From positions 1,312,001 through 1,376,000 of the forward strand of contig CAVSZB010000007.1 of the NCBI GenBank assembly GCA_963732385.1: a stretch of DNA of 64,000 nucleotides, read 5' to 3'. The translations under genes were made by a program, and so were the position numbers. The notes below the pieces were generated by a model that saw only the letters and a program-made list of their open reading frames with translations, made no database searches and had not been told where the DNA came from. The DNA is from an uncultured bacterium. Lineage in GTDB: Bacteria; Krumholzibacteriota; Krumholzibacteriia; LZORAL124-64-63. Below, piece by piece: positions 40,713 to 52,427 of this stretch (position 1 is the stretch's first letter; every line of letters starts with the position of its first letter).

Positions 40713-41582
40713 ATGCTGTCGTGTCTACTGCTCGGATCGGGCGGCGCCGTGCCGACCCCGGAGCGCATGCCTGCCGCCTACTGGGTGACGGTGGACGGAC
40801 TGGCGCTGCTTGTCGATCCCGGCCCCGGCGCGCTCGTGCGCCTGCTGCGCAGCCCGCACGGACCCCCCGGTGTGGACGCCATCAGCGGCCTGCTGCTCAG
40901 CCATCTGCATCTCGATCACTGCGCGGACGTGGCGCCCCTGCTGTTCGCGCTGCACTCGCCGATCCCGGCCGGGACCGACCCGCTGCTGATCGCCGGTCCG
41001 CCCGGCACGGCCCGCTACCTCGAGCGGCTGCGCGACCTCTACGGCGACTGGATCGCCCCCGCCCGGCGGGCGGTGCGGGTGGAGGAACTGGCGCCGGGCG
41101 AGTCGCTGGCGCCGGACGCGGCCGGCCAGTGGCGGCGCGCCGCCGTGGACCGGCCGGGTCCGACCGTGACCGCGCACGAGGCCAATCATGGCGAGACCCG
41201 CTTCAGCGACCTGAATCTCTGCTTCCGCTTCCGCGACGCCTCCGGCCTGACCCTTGCCTACTCGGGCGACGGGGAGAACTGCGACGGCCTGCGCGCTGCC
41301 GCCCGCGATGCCGACCTGCTGATCGTGGAGTGCTCCACGCCGGATGCGTGGTACACTCCCGGCCATCTGACGCCGTCGGCGGTGGGGGAGTTGTGCGTCG
41401 CCTCCGGACCACGACGAGTCGTGCTGACCCATCTCTACCCGCCGGCCGCGGCGCTCGATCTGCCCGCGCTGGTGCGGACGATCTGGAGCGGCCCGGTCGA
41501 AACCGCCCGTGACGGTGTGCTCTACACGGTGGGCGCCCCCCCCGGCGTGGATCCGGAACCTACCGCAGCCGACCCGCGTTGA
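40713..41582 (+). CDS. Metallo-beta-lactamase-fold hydrolase, RNase Z-like
   Basis: LLGSGG..P, LVDPGPG, SHLHLDH, YSGD, GHLTP, LTHLYP. Confidence 0.85.
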   Translation: MLSCLLLGSGGAVPTPERMPAAYWVTVDGLALLVDPGPGALVRLLRSPHGPPGVDAISGLLLSHLHLDHCADVAPLLFALHSPIPAGTDPLLIAGPPGTARYLERLRDLYGDWIAPARRAVRVEELAPGESLAPDAAGQWRRAAVDRPGPTVTAHEANHGETRFSDLNLCFRFRDASGLTLAYSGDGENCDGLRAAARDADLLIVECSTPDAWYTPGHLTPSAVGELCVASGPRRVVLTHLYPPAAALDLPALVRTIWSGPVETARDGVLYTVGAPPGVDPEPTAADPR

Positions 41583-41620
41583 AACGGGCGGTCCACCCCG
41601 CCCGCGAAAGGACGATCCTG

Positions 41621-42544
41621 ATGCGCCGCTGCCCGCGTACCGTTCTGGCGCTGCTCGCCATTCTCTGCCTCGCCCCTCTCCTCGCCCGGGGCGCGCCCGC
41701 CGGACCGTCCGACAGACCTGCCGTCGCCGACACGACCACTCTGCGGCCGCTGCCGGAATACGGGCGAGGCGCGGCGACCCCACGACCCGACCCCGCAACG
41801 CCCGGCGACGAACGCGAGAGGCGCGGCGAGCGGGAGATGGTGCTCATCCACGGTCTCGGCTCCGACGCCGGGGTCTGGACGCCGATGGTGGCGACCCTGT
41901 CGCGGACGTACCGGGTCCGACTCTACGAACTTCCGGGCCATGGCCGCACCCAGCCAGTGCCGAACCTCACGATCGTCTCGGCCGCGGCCGACCTGGAGCG
42001 CTTCCTGAAGGAGCGCGACATCGTGCAGCCGGTGCTGGTGGGACACGCCATGGGAGGGCTGGTCGCGATGCGGTACGCGTTCGACCATCCCGCGGCGATC
42101 AAACGGCTCGTGCTGATCGACGCAGCGCCGAAGCAGCTCGCCACGCCGGAGCAGAAGTCGCTGATCACCGACCGGCTGCTGACCGACTACAACCGATTCG
42201 TGGCTGAAACCTACGCCCGGATGAGCCCCGACCCGGAAATCACCCGCCGCATCGTCGACCAGGCGCTCAAGACCGACCGCCCCAGTTTCACCTCGATGCT
42301 TTTGAGCAGCTTCTCGTTCGACCTCACCGAGGAGCTGCCCCGCCAGGCGGTGCCGATACTGCTCGTGGGCAGCGGGATGCTGCTGCCAACCGACCAGAAT
42401 ATCCCGGCACAGCTCGACGCGCTCGGCTACACCAACGCGCGCACGATAAGCTTCAAGCGGATCGACCGGACCGGCCACTTCGTCATGCTCGAGCAGCCGG
42501 ACTTCCTCGCGAGCGTCATCGTGGCCTGGTGCGATCTGAACTGA
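41621..42544 (+). CDS. Secreted alpha/beta-hydrolase-fold protein with Ala at the nucleophile position
   Basis: Signal peptide; LIHGLG, LPGHG, GHAMGG, GHFVMLEQP. Confidence 0.85.
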   Translation: MRRCPRTVLALLAILCLAPLLARGAPAGPSDRPAVADTTTLRPLPEYGRGAATPRPDPATPGDERERRGEREMVLIHGLGSDAGVWTPMVATLSRTYRVRLYELPGHGRTQPVPNLTIVSAAADLERFLKERDIVQPVLVGHAMGGLVAMRYAFDHPAAIKRLVLIDAAPKQLATPEQKSLITDRLLTDYNRFVAETYARMSPDPEITRRIVDQALKTDRPSFTSMLLSSFSFDLTEELPRQAVPILLVGSGMLLPTDQNIPAQLDALGYTNARTISFKRIDRTGHFVMLEQPDFLASVIVAWCDLN

Positions 42545-42650
42545 CCGGTCCGTGGCGCCGCGCGGGTTGCCGCCGCGACGGTTTCAGCGGATATTTGATA
42601 GTCTTTATCAGATGACGTCGTGGTCCCCCTTCAATCGCCACGGTCTGCCG

Positions 42651-44819
42651 ATGCTGATGCCTCTTTTCCAACTCCTTCACCTGCCCCGCCTCCGGCCGGG
42701 CGTACGGACGGCCGCGCTGGCCGTGGCGATCCTGTTGGCGGCCGCGGCGAACCCGGCGGCGGCGTACATCGGGCCGGGCGCCGGCTTCGCGCTGGGCGGT
42801 TCGTTCCTGTTCGCGCTGATCGGCCTGCTGGTCGCGGCGGCGGCGGTTGCGCTCTGGCCGCTGCGCGCGCTGACGCGGGCGGTTCGGCAGCGTGGGCGGA
42901 GCCGCCGGGCGACCGTCGGGCGGGTGGTCGTGCTCGGGCTCGACGGCCTCGATCCGGAGCTCACCGCGCGCGGGATGGCGGCGGGCGAGCTGCCGCACCT
43001 TGCCCACCTGCGTGATACCGGCGCCTTCCGGCGGCTGGCCACCACGACCCCGCCGATCTCGCCGGTGGCCTGGTCGGGCTTCGCCACCGGGGCCGACGCG
43101 AGCCGGCACAACATCTTCGATTTCCTGGGGCGCGACCCGGCCACCCACCTGCCGATCCTCTCCTCCACGCGCCTGACGGCGGGCCGCCCCGGCTTGCGGA
43201 TCGGGCCGTGGACGCTCGGCGGACGGCCGCCGCGCCACGAACTTCTGCGGCGCAGCCGCACCTTCTGGCGCATCCTCGGCGAGCACGGGGTGCGCAGCGC
43301 CATCCTGCGGGTGCCGATCACCTTCCCGCCCGAGAAGTTCAACGGCCTGATGCTGGCGGCCATGTGCGTGCCGGATCTGCGCGGCACGCAGGGCACGTTC
43401 ACGCACTACTCCAGCGCACCGCCACCGGCCGGCGAGACGACCGGCGGCACCCGCGCCCCGCTCCGTCCCGACGGCGACGGCGCCTGGCGCGGCGAGATCG
43501 TTGGTCCGGACGACCCGCGCGGCCACGGCCGGCCGCCACTGGCGCTGCCGCTGCGGCTGACCGTCGACCCGGCGGCGGGCCTCGCCCTTCTCGACCTGGA
43601 CGGTCAGAGCGTGGAGCTGCGCGCCGGCCGACAGAGCCCCTGGCTGCGCCTCGCTTTTGGCGCCGGACGCGCCCAGGTGCACGGTCTCTGCCGGGTCCGT
43701 CTGACCTCGTTCGCCGATCCGGTGTCGTTATACATGACACCGCTGCACGTCGACCCCGAGCACCCGGCGTTGCCGCTCTCGCACCCGGCCCACTACGCCA
43801 TCGCCCTGGCGAAGCTGCACGGTCCGTACGCCACGCTCGGCCTGGCCGAAGACACCTGGGCGCTGAACGAAGGGGTGCTCGACGAGAGCGCCTTCCTGGA
43901 GCAGGCGTGGGCGGTGCACGCGGAGCGCGAGCGGCAGTTCTTCCACGCCCTCGACCGGCAGCGCGACGGCGTCGTGGCGGCGGTCTTCGACGCCACCGAC
44001 CGCATCCAGCACATGTTCTTCCGTCATCTCGACCCGACGCACCCGGCGAACCGCGGGCGGGCCCCCTCGCCCCACGCCGACGCCATCGGCGACCTCTACC
44101 GGCGCGCCGACGACCTGGTGGGCCGCACCGTGGCGCGCCTCGGGCCGCGCGACCTGCTGTTCGTGATCTCCGATCACGGCTTCAAGTCGTTCCGACGCGG
44201 CGTCAACCTGAACGCCTGGTTCCGCGCGCACGGCTGGCTGCGCGTGAACGGGGATCCCGCCGACGGCCCGCTGCCGCCGCTCGGACGCGCCGTCGAACCG
44301 TCGGAGATCGATTGGACCCGCACGCGGGCCTACGCGAGCGGCCTGGCCGGCTTCTATCTCAACCTGGCCGGACGCGAGCGGGACGGCCTCGTCACGCCGG
44401 CGGAGGCGCCGACCCTCAGGGCGGAGATCCTGGCGCGGCTGCGCGAGCTGCGCGATCCGGCGCAGGGCGACGAGCCGGTCGTCAGCGCCGCCTGGGATGC
44501 ACGCGACATCTACAAGGGGCCCTACCGCGACAACGCGCCCGACGTGGTGGTCGGCTGGCGCGTCGGCTGGCGCGCCGGCTGGGACGCGGCGGTGGGACGG
44601 GTCACCGACGCGGTGATCGAGGACAACACCCGCGCCTGGTCCGGCGACCACTGCATCGACCCGTCGCTCGTGCCGGGGGTATTCTTCTCCACGCGCCGTC
44701 CGCGCCGCGAGCATCCGGCGCTGATCGACCTCGCGCCGACCATCCTGCGCCTGTTCGGCATCGACCCGCCGGGCCACATGACCGGGCGCGACCTTTTTGA
44801 GGAGAACGTGACGGTATGA
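42651..44819 (+). CDS. Membrane-anchored AlkP-superfamily nucleotide pyrophosphatase/phosphodiesterase-like protein
   Basis: AAA-YIGPGAG plus a TM helix; VLGLDGLDP, PPISPVAWS, DRIQHMF, ISDHGF, WSGDH. Confidence 0.85.
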   Translation: MLMPLFQLLHLPRLRPGVRTAALAVAILLAAAANPAAAYIGPGAGFALGGSFLFALIGLLVAAAAVALWPLRALTRAVRQRGRSRRATVGRVVVLGLDGLDPELTARGMAAGELPHLAHLRDTGAFRRLATTTPPISPVAWSGFATGADASRHNIFDFLGRDPATHLPILSSTRLTAGRPGLRIGPWTLGGRPPRHELLRRSRTFWRILGEHGVRSAILRVPITFPPEKFNGLMLAAMCVPDLRGTQGTFTHYSSAPPPAGETTGGTRAPLRPDGDGAWRGEIVGPDDPRGHGRPPLALPLRLTVDPAAGLALLDLDGQSVELRAGRQSPWLRLAFGAGRAQVHGLCRVRLTSFADPVSLYMTPLHVDPEHPALPLSHPAHYAIALAKLHGPYATLGLAEDTWALNEGVLDESAFLEQAWAVHAERERQFFHALDRQRDGVVAAVFDATDRIQHMFFRHLDPTHPANRGRAPSPHADAIGDLYRRADDLVGRTVARLGPRDLLFVISDHGFKSFRRGVNLNAWFRAHGWLRVNGDPADGPLPPLGRAVEPSEIDWTRTRAYASGLAGFYLNLAGRERDGLVTPAEAPTLRAEILARLRELRDPAQGDEPVVSAAWDARDIYKGPYRDNAPDVVVGWRVGWRAGWDAAVGRVTDAVIEDNTRAWSGDHCIDPSLVPGVFFSTRRPRREHPALIDLAPTILRLFGIDPPGHMTGRDLFEENVTV

Positions 44820-46831
44820 AGCAACCTCGCCCACGGTGCGTTCTGCTGGTGGCCTGCGGCCTCGTGCTGCTGGCCGCAGCCGCGCCGCCCCCCGCCCTCG
44901 CCGCCACCGCCGGCGACGCCAAGGTGATGGTGATCGGCTTCGACGGCATGGACCCGCAGCTGCTGGCGCGGTTCCTCGCCGCAGGAACCATGCCCAACTT
45001 CGCCCGCTTCAGGCAGGACGGAGGCTACGCGCAGCTCGGCACCGCGGTGCCGCCGCAGTCGCCGGTGGCGTGGGCCGACTTCATCACCGGCCAGGACGCC
45101 GGCGGGCACGGCATCTTCGATTTCATCCACCGCGACCCGCAGACGCTCATTCCCTTCCTCTCGACCTCCGAGGCGACGCCGGCCGCCGACTACTTTCGCC
45201 TCGGCAAGTGGAAGTTCCCCCGCGGCGCGGCCGAAGTGCAGCTGCTGCGGCACGGCACGGCGTTCTGGGAGCTGCTGGCCGACGCCGGCGTCGACGTGAC
45301 CATCTTCAAGATCCCGTCGAACTTCCCGCCGGTGGAATGCGAGGCGCGGCAGCTGTCGGGCATGGGGACGCCCGACATCCTCGGCACGTACGGCGTCTTC
45401 ACCTACATCACCGACGACCCGCCGGCCGACACCGACCTGGCGGGCGGCCGCGTGGTGGTCGTCAGCACTGACAGCGGGCGCTTCAGCGTCGACATTCCCG
45501 GCCCGCTCAACACCTATCGCGAGGGTGATCCCGAGGCGCGGGTGCACCTCGAGGCCATGCTCGATCCGGGGAATCCGGCGGTCGCTTTCCGGGCCGGCGA
45601 CACGCGGTTCGTCCTCCAGCCTGGCGAGTGGAGCGACTGGGTGACGCTGCGCTTCCCGCTGGTGCCGTGGCTGCGGCACGTGCCGGGGCTGTCGGACAGG
45701 GCGGAGGTGACGGGGATCTGCCGCTTCTACCTGATGGAGACCCGCCCCTCGTTCCGCCTCTACGCGACGCCGATCCAGATCGACCCGCGCCAGCCCGCCA
45801 TGCCGATCAGCACGCCGCGCGACTACTCCCGCGAGCTGGCCCGAACGATCGGTCCGTTCTACACGCAGGGACTGCCGGAGGACACCAAGGCGCTCGAAGC
45901 GGGAGTGCTGGACGACGACGAATACATCTCGCTGTCCGGCAACGTCCTGCAGGAGCGCCTGGCGCAGCTGCGCCACGAACTGGCCCGTTTCCACGACCTG
46001 CGCAGCGGCTTCCTCTTCTTCTACTTCAACAACCCCGACCAGAACTGCCACATGTTCTGGCGGGCGATGGATCCCTCTTCGCCGCTGCACGCCGAGTCGG
46101 TGGCACACAACGGCCGGATCCGCGACGTCTATGCCGCCATGGACGCCGCCCTCGGCGAGGCGTTGGCCGCGACCGACGACCGCACCACCGTCATCCTCAT
46201 GTCCGACCACGGCTTCGCCCCGTACAACCGTTCGTTCCACGTCAACAGCTGGCTGCTGGAGAACGGCTACCTGGTGCTGCAGCCGGGCGTGGACCGCGCG
46301 TCGGTGAACTACCTCTCCGGCGTCGACTGGGCCCGCACGCGGGCGTACGCCCTCGGCATCAACGGCCTGTACCTCAACCTGCGGGGACGCGAGTCGCGCG
46401 GCTCGGTCGAGCCTGCGCAGCGAGAGGCGCTGCTGGCCGAGCTCGAGGCGAAGCTCGAGACGGTCGTCGACCCGGCGGACGGACAGCGCGCGATCAAGTA
46501 CGCCTATCGCGCCGACCGCATCTACCACGGGCCGCACGCGGCTGAGGGGCCTGACATCATCCTCGGCTACTACCGCGGCTTCCGCGGCTCGAACGAGTCG
46601 GCGCTGGGGGCGATCCCCGACGGGATCTTCGCCGACAACCGGCTCAAGTGGAGCGGCGACCACTGCATGGCGGCCGACGAGGTGCCGGGCGTGATCCTGG
46701 CCAACCGCCCGATTCTGAAAGACGACCCGACGCTGCGCGACCTCGCCCCCACGCTGCTGCGCCTCTTCGGCGTCGCGCCGACCCCCGAGATGACCGGCGG
46801 CGACATCTTCGCCGTGAAAGGAGCCCGCTGA
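44816..46831 (+). CDS. AlkP-superfamily nucleotide pyrophosphatase/phosphodiesterase-like paralog
   Basis: Signal peptide; VIGFDGMDP, PPQSPVAW, DQNCHMF, MSDHGF, WSGDH; ATGA overlap with the upstream gene. Confidence 0.88.
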   Translation: MKQPRPRCVLLVACGLVLLAAAAPPPALAATAGDAKVMVIGFDGMDPQLLARFLAAGTMPNFARFRQDGGYAQLGTAVPPQSPVAWADFITGQDAGGHGIFDFIHRDPQTLIPFLSTSEATPAADYFRLGKWKFPRGAAEVQLLRHGTAFWELLADAGVDVTIFKIPSNFPPVECEARQLSGMGTPDILGTYGVFTYITDDPPADTDLAGGRVVVVSTDSGRFSVDIPGPLNTYREGDPEARVHLEAMLDPGNPAVAFRAGDTRFVLQPGEWSDWVTLRFPLVPWLRHVPGLSDRAEVTGICRFYLMETRPSFRLYATPIQIDPRQPAMPISTPRDYSRELARTIGPFYTQGLPEDTKALEAGVLDDDEYISLSGNVLQERLAQLRHELARFHDLRSGFLFFYFNNPDQNCHMFWRAMDPSSPLHAESVAHNGRIRDVYAAMDAALGEALAATDDRTTVILMSDHGFAPYNRSFHVNSWLLENGYLVLQPGVDRASVNYLSGVDWARTRAYALGINGLYLNLRGRESRGSVEPAQREALLAELEAKLETVVDPADGQRAIKYAYRADRIYHGPHAAEGPDIILGYYRGFRGSNESALGAIPDGIFADNRLKWSGDHCMAADEVPGVILANRPILKDDPTLRDLAPTLLRLFGVAPTPEMTGGDIFAVKGAR

Positions 46832-47025
46832 TGTTCGGGTCGAAGATCGCCATCGACAAGGACCTGCTGTTGCGGGTGAAGAAGTGCGCCGCGATCGCCG
46901 GCTACGCCTCGGCGGAGGAGTTCGTGCAGCACGTGATCGAGCGGGAGCTCGCGAAGTTCGAGGCTGGCGGCGACTCCGAAGAGGAGATCCGCCGGCGGAT
47001 GCAGGGACTCGGGTACATCTCCTAG
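46831..47025 (+). CDS. 64-aa protein, ribbon-helix-helix-like with a C-terminal 'RMQGLGYI' motif
   Basis: TGATG overlap and AAAGGAG RBS; MFGSKIAIDKDLLLRVKKCAAIAGYASAEEFVQHVIEREL..EEEIRRRMQGLGYIS. Confidence 0.75.
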   Translation: MFGSKIAIDKDLLLRVKKCAAIAGYASAEEFVQHVIERELAKFEAGGDSEEEIRRRMQGLGYIS

Positions 47026-47045
47026 GGACCGGGAGCGCCACAGCT

Positions 47046-47870
47046 GTGAACCTGATCGCCACCGCGATGAATCGCCTCTGCGACCTGCTGGTCGCCCCGT
47101 TCGGCGGGTCGGCCGCATGGGCGGTAACGGTGCTGTCGGCCCTGGCGGGCGTCGGCCTGCTGGCGCTGTTCAAGGTGACGACACCCCAGGCGCGCCTGCG
47201 CGACGTGCGCGCGCGCCTGTTCGGCCACGTCTACGAGTTGGGCCTGTTCCAGGATGACCTCGTGGTCATGCTGCGCATCCAGCGCGATCTCGCGGCGGCG
47301 AACCTGCGCTCGCTGGCCCTCACCCTGCCGGCCCTCGCGGCGATGATCCTGCCGCTGGCTCTGGTTTTGCCGCAATTCGAGGCCCGCTTCGCCCACCGCC
47401 CGCTGCGCCCCGGCGAGGCGGTCGTGGCAACCGCCACGCTCGCGCCGGGCCACGCGTCGCTTCTCGAAAGCCTGCGCCTGACCGGCGACGACGGCGTGAC
47501 CGTCGAGACCCTCCCCGTCCGCGACCGCCAGGCCGCCACCGCGCAGTGGCGAGTCCGCGTAAGGACCCCCGGCCGCCACGAACTGACCGTGCACGCCGAC
47601 GGCGGCCTGTCCTGGACGAAAAGGCTCGAGGCGGGCGGCGGGCTGCCGGCTATGGCGACCGGGCGCGAACGCGGCGGGCTGCGCGCGTCCCTGCTCAGCC
47701 CCGCCGAACCGCCGCTGCCGCGCGACGCCGCCCTGGCCGCCCTCGCGATCGAATTGCCGGCGCGCGAGACCCGCTACGCCGGCGCGCGTCTCTCCTGGCT
47801 GGCGGCGTTCTGCCTCTTCTCTCTCGCGGCCGGTCTGGCGGTCAGACCGCTGCTGCGGGTGGAGGTCTGA
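47046..47870 (+). CDS. 3-TM membrane protein resembling DUF106/EMC3 (Oxa1 superfamily) with an inserted beta domain
   Basis: TM1, then FKVTTPQARLR amphipathic helices, TM2 ..AMILPLALVL, a beta-rich insert, and C-terminal LSWLAAFCLFSL..VRPLLRV. Confidence 0.6.
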   Translation: MNLIATAMNRLCDLLVAPFGGSAAWAVTVLSALAGVGLLALFKVTTPQARLRDVRARLFGHVYELGLFQDDLVVMLRIQRDLAAANLRSLALTLPALAAMILPLALVLPQFEARFAHRPLRPGEAVVATATLAPGHASLLESLRLTGDDGVTVETLPVRDRQAATAQWRVRVRTPGRHELTVHADGGLSWTKRLEAGGGLPAMATGRERGGLRASLLSPAEPPLPRDAALAALAIELPARETRYAGARLSWLAAFCLFSLAAGLAVRPLLRVEV

Positions 47871-47918
47871 GGTCGGCGACAGCGTTCCGTCCCGCCAGAA
47901 CCCTTCCTTTCCGCGGCC

Positions 47919-47956
47919 AAAAACGGCGCGGCGCCCCCACCGGGGAGCGCCGCGCC
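47919..47956 (-). terminator. Intrinsic terminator after hppA
   Basis: GGCGCGGCGC..GCGCCGCGCC stem followed by GTTTTT on the minus strand. Confidence 0.65.
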
Positions 47957-47986
47957 CGACCGCACCGCGAAGTCTGCCCACACCCG

Positions 47987-50455
<2,469 letters not shown>

Positions 50456-50782
50456 GACGACCCCTCTCTTGCAGGATGACGAACAGACGGAATGCCAGCA
50501 GCCGGGCGCTCCCTGTCCGCGACGGACGAGGCCCGGTTGAAAACCAAGTTTCCGCAGTCCATTTGTGCCGCGAAGCGACAACTTGTCAAGACGCGATGCG
50601 TGTCCGAGGCCGGCGGAAACACCCGCACGCGTCCGAAACGACGCCACATGTTAGCCATGAACAGCCGGAGTGCCAGCCTGAAATGAAGGCCCCCGGAGCG
50701 CGCGAGCCGGTTGCCCCGCTCCGCTCCCCCTGCTAGGCTGCGCTCCGCTCCCCAGAGCCAGGGGATGGAGGTGATTCCTGAC

Positions 50783-52420
50783 ATGGAACACGCGAACGGG
50801 TGGCGGGCATGCTGGCTGCCGGCCGGTCTGGGCCTGCTGGCCGCCCTGCTCATCTTCCCCGGGCTGGGCGCCGGCAGCCTGCACAACCGCGACGAGGCCC
50901 GACACGCGCTCGTGGCCGAGAACATCCTGGGTGACGGAGACTGGCTCACGCTCCACCACGAGGACGCGCCGTACTTCAACAAGGCGCCGCTGAAGTTCTG
51001 GCTGACCGCGCTGACCTTCCGCCTCGGCGGCGTGAACGCCTGGACGGCCCGTCTCTGGTCGGCGTTGTTCGCCTGGGGCGCTGTCGTCGTGACCGGCCTG
51101 CTCGGCGCGCGCCTGTACGACCGGCGCACCGGGCTGCTGGCCGCGTTCATCCTGGCCACCTCCACGCAGTTCCTCTACAGCCACTGCGCCCGCACCGGTG
51201 AACTGGACTCGGCGCTGCTCTTTTTCTGGACGCTGGCCTGTCTGCTCGTCGTCGCCGGGACACGCCACCGCCTCCTCTTCTATCTCGGCTGCGCCGCCGT
51301 GGGCCTGTGTGGGATGGTCAAGCACCTCGGCTTCGTGCCGGAGTTGCTGCTGATTCTCGGGTTGTGGCTCGGCCTGGGGGGGCACTGGCGCGCACTCGGC
51401 GCGACCACCCTGCTGCGCGGACTGGGGATCGTGCTGCTGGTCGCGCTGCCGTGGCACGCCTGGGAGTATGTGCGGCACGGCGCGGCGTTCATCGACACCT
51501 ACTTCGGGCGCGAGATGATCTACCGCAGCATCGAATACGGCAACACGCGGCCTGACGAACGCTTCTTCCTGGTCGTGCTCAAGGATGGGCTCTTCCCCTG
51601 GTCGCTGCTGCTGCCCCTGGCGATCTGGCGGCTGACGCGCACGCGCGCCCCGCTCGCGCTGCGGCCGGCACTGCTGCCGGCCCTGTGGAGCGCGATCGTC
51701 ATCGTCCTGATCACGGCCAGCCGGGTCAAGCTGCCGTGGTACGTGCTGCCAGCCTATCCGGCCCTCGCCCTGCTGTTGGCCCGTTTCGTCTCCACGGAAT
51801 GGGTCCTGCGCCCGACGCGCACACTGGACACGCTGGTGGGCGCCACCTGGCTCGTGATTGCGCTCTCCCCCGTCAACGTCGGGCGCTTCAACCCGTTCGC
51901 CGTGCCGGCCCAGGATGGAATGGTCAAGGCGGATCTGCTGGGACTGCTCCAGGGGGGCGGAGTCGGGCCGTGGCCCGCATCGGCGCTGACCGGGCTCGCG
52001 GCCCTGGGCGCTTTGGCAGCCACGGCCGCGGCCCTGCTTTCGGCGCGCGGCCCGGTGACGAATCCGCGGGCGGCGCTCGCCAGGCGGATGGCTTTCGCGG
52101 TCCTCTGCGTCCTGGCGCTGGGGACGGCCGCGGCGCCGCTGCGCTTCGCCACGACGCGGTCGCCGCTGGACCTGCTGGTCGCGCGCGCCGGCGCCTTCGT
52201 CTCCCCCGCGGACACCGTCGCCGTCGACCTCGACGCCGACCTCCGGTCCGACGACCGGGCCGAATTCTCCCTGCGGCGCCTGCCCGGACAGCGCGTAGCC
52301 GCGCTCGCGCCAGGCACGCGCTGGCTGTTGACGTCGCGGACGGAGACGTCCCCGCGTCACCGCGCGGACTGGCGGGAGGTCCTGCGCCAGGGCGACCTGG
52401 TGCTGCTGCAACGGCGCTGA
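50783..52420 (+). CDS. ArnT/PMT-family (GT-C) glycosyltransferase
   Basis: DEARHA, GDWLT, YFNKAPL.FWL, KLPWYVLPAYP; many TM segments; GGAGG RBS. Confidence 0.85.
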   Translation: MEHANGWRACWLPAGLGLLAALLIFPGLGAGSLHNRDEARHALVAENILGDGDWLTLHHEDAPYFNKAPLKFWLTALTFRLGGVNAWTARLWSALFAWGAVVVTGLLGARLYDRRTGLLAAFILATSTQFLYSHCARTGELDSALLFFWTLACLLVVAGTRHRLLFYLGCAAVGLCGMVKHLGFVPELLLILGLWLGLGGHWRALGATTLLRGLGIVLLVALPWHAWEYVRHGAAFIDTYFGREMIYRSIEYGNTRPDERFFLVVLKDGLFPWSLLLPLAIWRLTRTRAPLALRPALLPALWSAIVIVLITASRVKLPWYVLPAYPALALLLARFVSTEWVLRPTRTLDTLVGATWLVIALSPVNVGRFNPFAVPAQDGMVKADLLGLLQGGGVGPWPASALTGLAALGALAATAAALLSARGPVTNPRAALARRMAFAVLCVLALGTAAAPLRFATTRSPLDLLVARAGAFVSPADTVAVDLDADLRSDDRAEFSLRRLPGQRVAALAPGTRWLLTSRTETSPRHRADWREVLRQGDLVLLQRR

Positions 52421-52427
52421 GCCGCGC

